Of a stretch of DNA of 64,000 nucleotides, positions 59,353-64,000 are shown one piece after another. Under the pieces are notes generated by a model, which was not told the origin of the DNA, did no database searches, and saw only the letters and a list, made by a program, of their open reading frames with translations. Within the stretch, counting starts at the first letter, position 1, and every line of letters starts with the position of its first letter. Source of the DNA: Lachnospiraceae bacterium (GTDB lineage Bacteria; Bacillota; Clostridia; Lachnospirales; Lachnospiraceae); assembly GCA_021202075.1 (NCBI GenBank), contig JAJQDT010000116.1, positions 127,821 to 191,820 of the forward strand, given 5' to 3'. The position numbers and the translations under genes are program-made.

Positions 59353-60342
59353 CTACGCCGCGACGCGGACTCTCGGATCCACGACTGCATACATAATATC
59401 GGTCAGCAGGTTACAGACAAGGGTCAGCACCGCGATAAAGCACATGAAAAACATGCTGAATGGGATATCTCCGGCGATCATCGCCTGATAAGAGATGTAG
59501 CCGATGCCCGGGATGGAAAACAGAGTTTCCGTGATCAGAGCGCCGGAAAACAGGCCCGGAAGGGAGGAACCAACGATCGTCACAATCGGGATCAGCGTGT
59601 TGCGGAACGCATGGTGATAGATGACTTTGTTCTCAGAAAGACCTTTGGCGCGCGCGGTGCGGATATAGTCCGAATTCAGGACCTCCAGCATATTCGTACG
59701 CGTGTAACGCATCAGAGAACCGATGGAAAGAATGACCAGCGTGGCAATCGGCAGCACCAGGTGATGCGCCATGTCGAGGAATTTGCCCCAGGAATCCAGC
59801 TGGGCATAATTCCGCCCAACCAGGCCGGTCAGGTCAAACCAGCCGAGCTTAATAGAAAAGATCAGCTTCAGAATCGCCGCAAAAAAGAAGGCCGGAAGCG
59901 ACATACCGATCAGCGCGACCGTCGTAATCGTATAGTCCGTCTTCGTATACTGTTTTACAGCCGCGATCACGCCGAGCGGAATCGCGATTGCCAGCTCCAG
60001 AATGAAGGAGATCGAAGCCATCGCGAAGGAGACGGGGATCACCTCAAAAAACTTGTCCACCACAGGCACCGTAAACTTCCAGCTGTCGCCGAACTGTCCG
60101 CGAACAGCCTGTGCGCACCAGGCGATAAAGCCCTGCAAAATTCCTTTGTCCAGTCCATACTGGGCGTTCAGCTGCTCAATCCATTCCTCATAACTTTTTG
60201 ATCCCGGGGCGGTCGCCCGCTGCATCGCCATCGACTCCACATAGGAAGCCGGCAGACAGCGCATCAAGGTATAGATAATAAAGGCCACCAGGATCAGGAT
60301 CAGGACGGATAACAACAGACGCTTGATAATATATTTCCGCAT
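59353..60342 (-). CDS. oppB: Oligopeptide-type ABC permease
   Basis: MRKYIIKRLL; DYIRTARAKGL; ITETLFSIPGIG; YAVVDPRV. Confidence 0.93.
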   Translation of the reverse strand: MRKYIIKRLLLSVLILILVAFIIYTLMRCLPASYVESMAMQRATAPGSKSYEEWIEQLNAQYGLDKGILQGFIAWCAQAVRGQFGDSWKFTVPVVDKFFEVIPVSFAMASISFILELAIAIPLGVIAAVKQYTKTDYTITTVALIGMSLPAFFFAAILKLIFSIKLGWFDLTGLVGRNYAQLDSWGKFLDMAHHLVLPIATLVILSIGSLMRYTRTNMLEVLNSDYIRTARAKGLSENKVIYHHAFRNTLIPIVTIVGSSLPGLFSGALITETLFSIPGIGYISYQAMIAGDIPFSMFFMCFIAVLTLVCNLLTDIMYAVVDPRVRVAA

Positions 60343-60589
60343 ACTGTATTTCCTTTCTCTCTCCTGAAAGCTGCAGCTTCCAAAATGGCAAAAAATCCGG
60401 AATGCCATTCTAAATTGCCGCAGTCATTAAACTGTCATTGAGTAAAGTATGGCAAATATAACCTTTTTCATTCGGGAACATTTTCTAATGCGGAGCCTGT
60501 CCCGCATCTTCATTCGAAAACCGTTTCCTGACATACAGTCTGTCCTATAATATATCCATACCCGCTCTGTGAGCACGGACATTTGAATG

Positions 60590-60626
60590 AAAAACGCCTG
60601 CGTCCCGAGTCCAGAACGCAGGCGCC
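60590..60626 (-). terminator. Stem-loop/terminator between the SBP and permease genes
   Basis: GCGCCTGCGTTC...GGACGCAGGCGTTTTT on the minus strand. Confidence 0.65.
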
Positions 60627-60784
60627 CTTGCCCTTTACTCAGTCTTTACGGACTGCCAGATTTTGTAACTGCTCAGTATAGTATCTTCACAGTTACCCTG
60701 ATTATGCTTCGCTGGCGGCAGGATTCCCGCCGTCAGCCAAACATATACCTCTGTCACAAACAGGATCCGTAAATCCTGCACAGT

Positions 60785-63145
60785 TTAGTTCATCTCGATG
60801 GTCTCTACCTCATTCATCCAGCTCCAGTACGGAGTCATATCCTGAGCCAGTGAATCTACATTGACACGCTCGGTGGAGACAACGAACATCTCACTTCTCT
60901 GGTATACCGGAACCTCAACGCCCCAGTCCATGATGATCTCCATCGCGCTCTTGTAGAGGCTCTTACGGAAGGTCTGGTCGGTGGTCTGACGTGCAGCCAT
61001 GATCAGCTCATCCAGCTCCTCATCGTTGATCGTATAATAGTTGGTCGATCCTTCGCTGTGATATAGCTGATACATATCCGGATCCGTGCCCGCCTGCCAT
61101 GCAGCTACCCACATATCAGCCTCGCCGGTCTGATATGCCGCGTACAGCTCAGATGCATTCGCGTGGTCGTTGATATCCAGTGTGATGCCAATCGATGCCA
61201 GCGCCTCAGAAGCGTTGGAGAGAAGCAGGAAGGACGGATGGTCGCCGCTGCCACTCGCGCCGATGTGTACCGTATAGCTCAGGGAAGCGCCCTCCGGAGC
61301 CGCCGTGATCACGCCGTCTTCTACGGTATAGCCAGCTGCCTCAAAGTAGGCAAGAGCTGCCTCCAGAGCTGCTGCGTACTTGTCTTCCACACTCATATCA
61401 TCCGTATAGATCGCATTTCCGTCTACATCCACAGAATAAGCAACCGTATAGCCGTCATCCGTTACCTGCGGAGCTGCCCAGCTCGTATTGGAAATCGGAT
61501 AGTTTACAATCGAAGCGGTCTCGCCGTAGTAAGAGTTTACAGATTCCTCACGATAGACGGCAAAGATCGTGCCAAATGCCTTTCTCAGAAGCCTGGACTC
61601 CTCGGATGACGGATCATCGCCGACCTTTACATTATCCGCGCAGATACCGATGTAGCCATAGCCGCGGAAATCATAAAGGAGAGTCGTCAGGACATCGCCG
61701 TCCAGCTCGCCGTCGCTGTTGTAGCTGGCGATCTCAGCCGCTCTCTCTGCGGAGTAGGACGGATCCGCGATATCGATCGTACCGGTCGTAACGCCAGAAA
61801 CCTTATCATCCTCAGATGTAATCTCAACAAAGTTCAGATATTTGGTAGCCGGCTCACCCTTGAAATAATACGGGTTCGCTTCCATATAAACAACACCGTT
61901 GGAATACTCTGTGAAGATATACGGGCCGGCGCCCATCGGGGATGTGGTCTTCTCCTTGATGCCGCTCAGATCACCCTTGGTAAAGCCGAAGGAGTGGTTG
62001 TCATAATCATAGAGTTCCTCATCGCCATAGTAAGCCATCGGAACGATCTGGATGCCCAGCTGATAGATGAAAGTCGCATCCAGCTCGGAGGTAGTAATTT
62101 CCATGCTGTAATCGCCCGTGCGGACAATGCCGGAAACATAATCAGCGGAAGCCTCTGTCGTGATACCAACCGCGTACTCGTCAGCCAGATAGGTGAACAA
62201 TCCGCTCGAAGCTGCCTCTGTATCGCTCAGAGTCGCGTAGTCAACTGCGCCGTCCTCGCCGGTATAGCCAAACTCCAGATTAGCCCAGTAGTCAGCCGTG
62301 GTCGGGTACTCGCCGTTCGCCATGTCATAAGTATTGCCCATGATATCCTCAAACAGTCCGTCATCGTTGATGCCGTTCGCGAATCCCCACATGATCATAC
62401 CGAACGCTACCTGCAGCCCCTCTTCTGCAGAAATCTCTTCTGCTGTGCTGCCGATATAGGATGCGTAATCATCGTCCAGATAATTGGTCACGCAATAGTC
62501 TACGATCGACTGTGCAAACGCTGCGCCTGCCTCCGGAAGTCCTTCGCTCCAGAAACCGGTCTGCTGCTCCTCGGTCCAATACGTAAAGTCTGTATTGTCC
62601 TCACCGGCCGCTACCAGCAGATTGTACAGAGAATCCATACCGCTGCGGTACTCATCCAGTCCAACGATCGGGCAGGAATACATGGTCGTGGAGCCGTCAT
62701 AGGTCGGATCCAGATATACATACATAGTGAAAATCACGTCATCAATGTCCGCATAAGTGCCATCTGAGAACTGGATATCATCGCGCATCGTAATCGCATA
62801 GGTAACGGTGCCGTCCTCGTTCTCCGTAATCACAATGTCGGAAGTACCCGTATAAGTATAATCCGTACCATTGTAGCTGCGGGTCTCGCCCTCGATACCA
62901 TTGAGAACCGGCTCGCCTACACGATCTACATACATCAGATACGCCTGCGTCATATCGGTGATATTCACATCATCCACATTTGACGCAAAGAACGGGGAAA
63001 ACTTCTGCTCAAGGCCGGTCACAGAAGCAACCAGAGTATCGCCGGAATCAGCCCCCCCATCTTCGGCCAGGGCGCTTACGGAAAGCGAAGCGACCATAGA
63101 CGCGGCGAGAGTCATCGCCAGCAACTGCTTCATTCTTTTCTTCAT
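60785..63145 (-). CDS. oppA: Large family 5 ABC substrate-binding protein
   Basis: Signal peptide; KFSPFFA; [10 protein letters not shown]; PMGAGPY; long internal insertion; very acidic. Confidence 0.9.
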   Translation of the reverse strand: MKKRMKQLLAMTLAASMVASLSVSALAEDGGADSGDTLVASVTGLEQKFSPFFASNVDDVNITDMTQAYLMYVDRVGEPVLNGIEGETRSYNGTDYTYTGTSDIVITENEDGTVTYAITMRDDIQFSDGTYADIDDVIFTMYVYLDPTYDGSTTMYSCPIVGLDEYRSGMDSLYNLLVAAGEDNTDFTYWTEEQQTGFWSEGLPEAGAAFAQSIVDYCVTNYLDDDYASYIGSTAEEISAEEGLQVAFGMIMWGFANGINDDGLFEDIMGNTYDMANGEYPTTADYWANLEFGYTGEDGAVDYATLSDTEAASSGLFTYLADEYAVGITTEASADYVSGIVRTGDYSMEITTSELDATFIYQLGIQIVPMAYYGDEELYDYDNHSFGFTKGDLSGIKEKTTSPMGAGPYIFTEYSNGVVYMEANPYYFKGEPATKYLNFVEITSEDDKVSGVTTGTIDIADPSYSAERAAEIASYNSDGELDGDVLTTLLYDFRGYGYIGICADNVKVGDDPSSEESRLLRKAFGTIFAVYREESVNSYYGETASIVNYPISNTSWAAPQVTDDGYTVAYSVDVDGNAIYTDDMSVEDKYAAALEAALAYFEAAGYTVEDGVITAAPEGASLSYTVHIGASGSGDHPSFLLLSNASEALASIGITLDINDHANASELYAAYQTGEADMWVAAWQAGTDPDMYQLYHSEGSTNYYTINDEELDELIMAARQTTDQTFRKSLYKSAMEIIMDWGVEVPVYQRSEMFVVSTERVNVDSLAQDMTPYWSWMNEVETIEMN

Positions 63146-63370
63146 AACTTCAATATCCTCCTTTAAAATAATTTCGGGATGCATCTGAAAACATGTATCC
63201 CAAATGATTTCTTTAGTAAACAACATTCATTGGACTGTTCTGTCGTTCACTATTGCCCGGAACGCGGCACATATACTTTGTTCCGAGCTTATATCAATCA
63301 GTATATTACAGCAAACCCTAAAAGTCAAATTCAATCAGCAAAAAAACATATATTTACGGTATTGCCATTT

Positions 63371-63997
63371 TTATGCTTTTGGGGCCGTTCCGAACAGTTC
63401 TTCTGCTTCTTCCGTCTCCGCCTGATTCGTGCCGGTACTCTCCCATTCCAGCCGCAGAACCTTTTTGCGCAATAGCAGCGCAAATATCAGGCTCACAGCC
63501 TCCGCAGAGCTAAACAGCAGCGCACCCGAAATACTCCCGGTAAACTGACTTTGCCGGATCATACTGACCAGCTCTCCCACAAGTGAGATACCGGAAAATA
63601 CAGCAGTCAGAAGCGCTCTGACCGGCAGGGCTTCCGCGCTTTTCTGAAAAACATACTCCGGAATTTTCTCTCCACCGTCCGTAAGCATATAGTTCCCCCA
63701 AACCAGAGACACCGAAGTGATGAGCGCCGCCGCATACGGCAGCAGCACCCAGGCACAGCCGTTCATCCCGGTATCCGAAATGCTTCCGGCTGCAATCTGT
63801 GCGGCAAACGCAGCCAGAGCAAAAATCCAGAGTCTGCCCAAAGAGGCTTTCCTGGAATTTTTCCATCGGTACGTCGTGCCGGTATAGACGTAGCTCCCGG
63901 ATGCGTCTTTTACATAATCATCCAGATAAGCACGCCTGCCTTTTCGCTTCGGTTCCGATTTTGTTTTTTGCTTTTCTATCTGTTCCTTTGCATCCAT
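63371..63997 (-). CDS. Four-TM hypothetical membrane protein
   Basis: RRAYLDDY...G.YVYTG then four hydrophobic helices; upstream of oppA. Confidence 0.7.
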   Translation of the reverse strand: MDAKEQIEKQKTKSEPKRKGRRAYLDDYVKDASGSYVYTGTTYRWKNSRKASLGRLWIFALAAFAAQIAAGSISDTGMNGCAWVLLPYAAALITSVSLVWGNYMLTDGGEKIPEYVFQKSAEALPVRALLTAVFSGISLVGELVSMIRQSQFTGSISGALLFSSAEAVSLIFALLLRKKVLRLEWESTGTNQAETEEAEELFGTAPKA

Positions 63998-64000
63998 TCG

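Overview
Chromosomal window from a Clostridia bacterium, probably Lachnospiraceae-like (inferred from gene families, AGGAGG RBSs and sigma-A promoters). Core content: a cobalamin-riboswitch-controlled Opp/Nik-type ABC operon divergent from a His/Cys-rich P1B ATPase, a second Opp-type operon, a LacI/GH2/Lpl-type sugar ABC locus, MFS, MATE, Na/Pi and AI-2E transporters, an orphan cbiL, and a Tat-exported flavinylated reductase with a divergent LysR. AT-rich accessory patches carry YhcG, three toxin-antitoxin pairs whose toxins all look damaged, methyltransferases and a decayed two-component/ABC cassette. No rRNA, tRNA, CRISPR array, transposase or integrase was recognised. Two main unexplained signals. 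(1) A family of modular palindromic mini-repeats occurs many times between genes and also sits in frame inside three proteins (P1B ATPase, AI-2E permease, small membrane protein), each time between short direct repeats spaced 87, 162 and 75 bp apart. (2) Unrelated AT-rich single genes are bracketed by the same asymmetric end motifs (TAAATCRGAATT upstream, CTTCCAGTTTA downstream), suggesting a gene-cassette system. All calls are by eye; no database searches were run.
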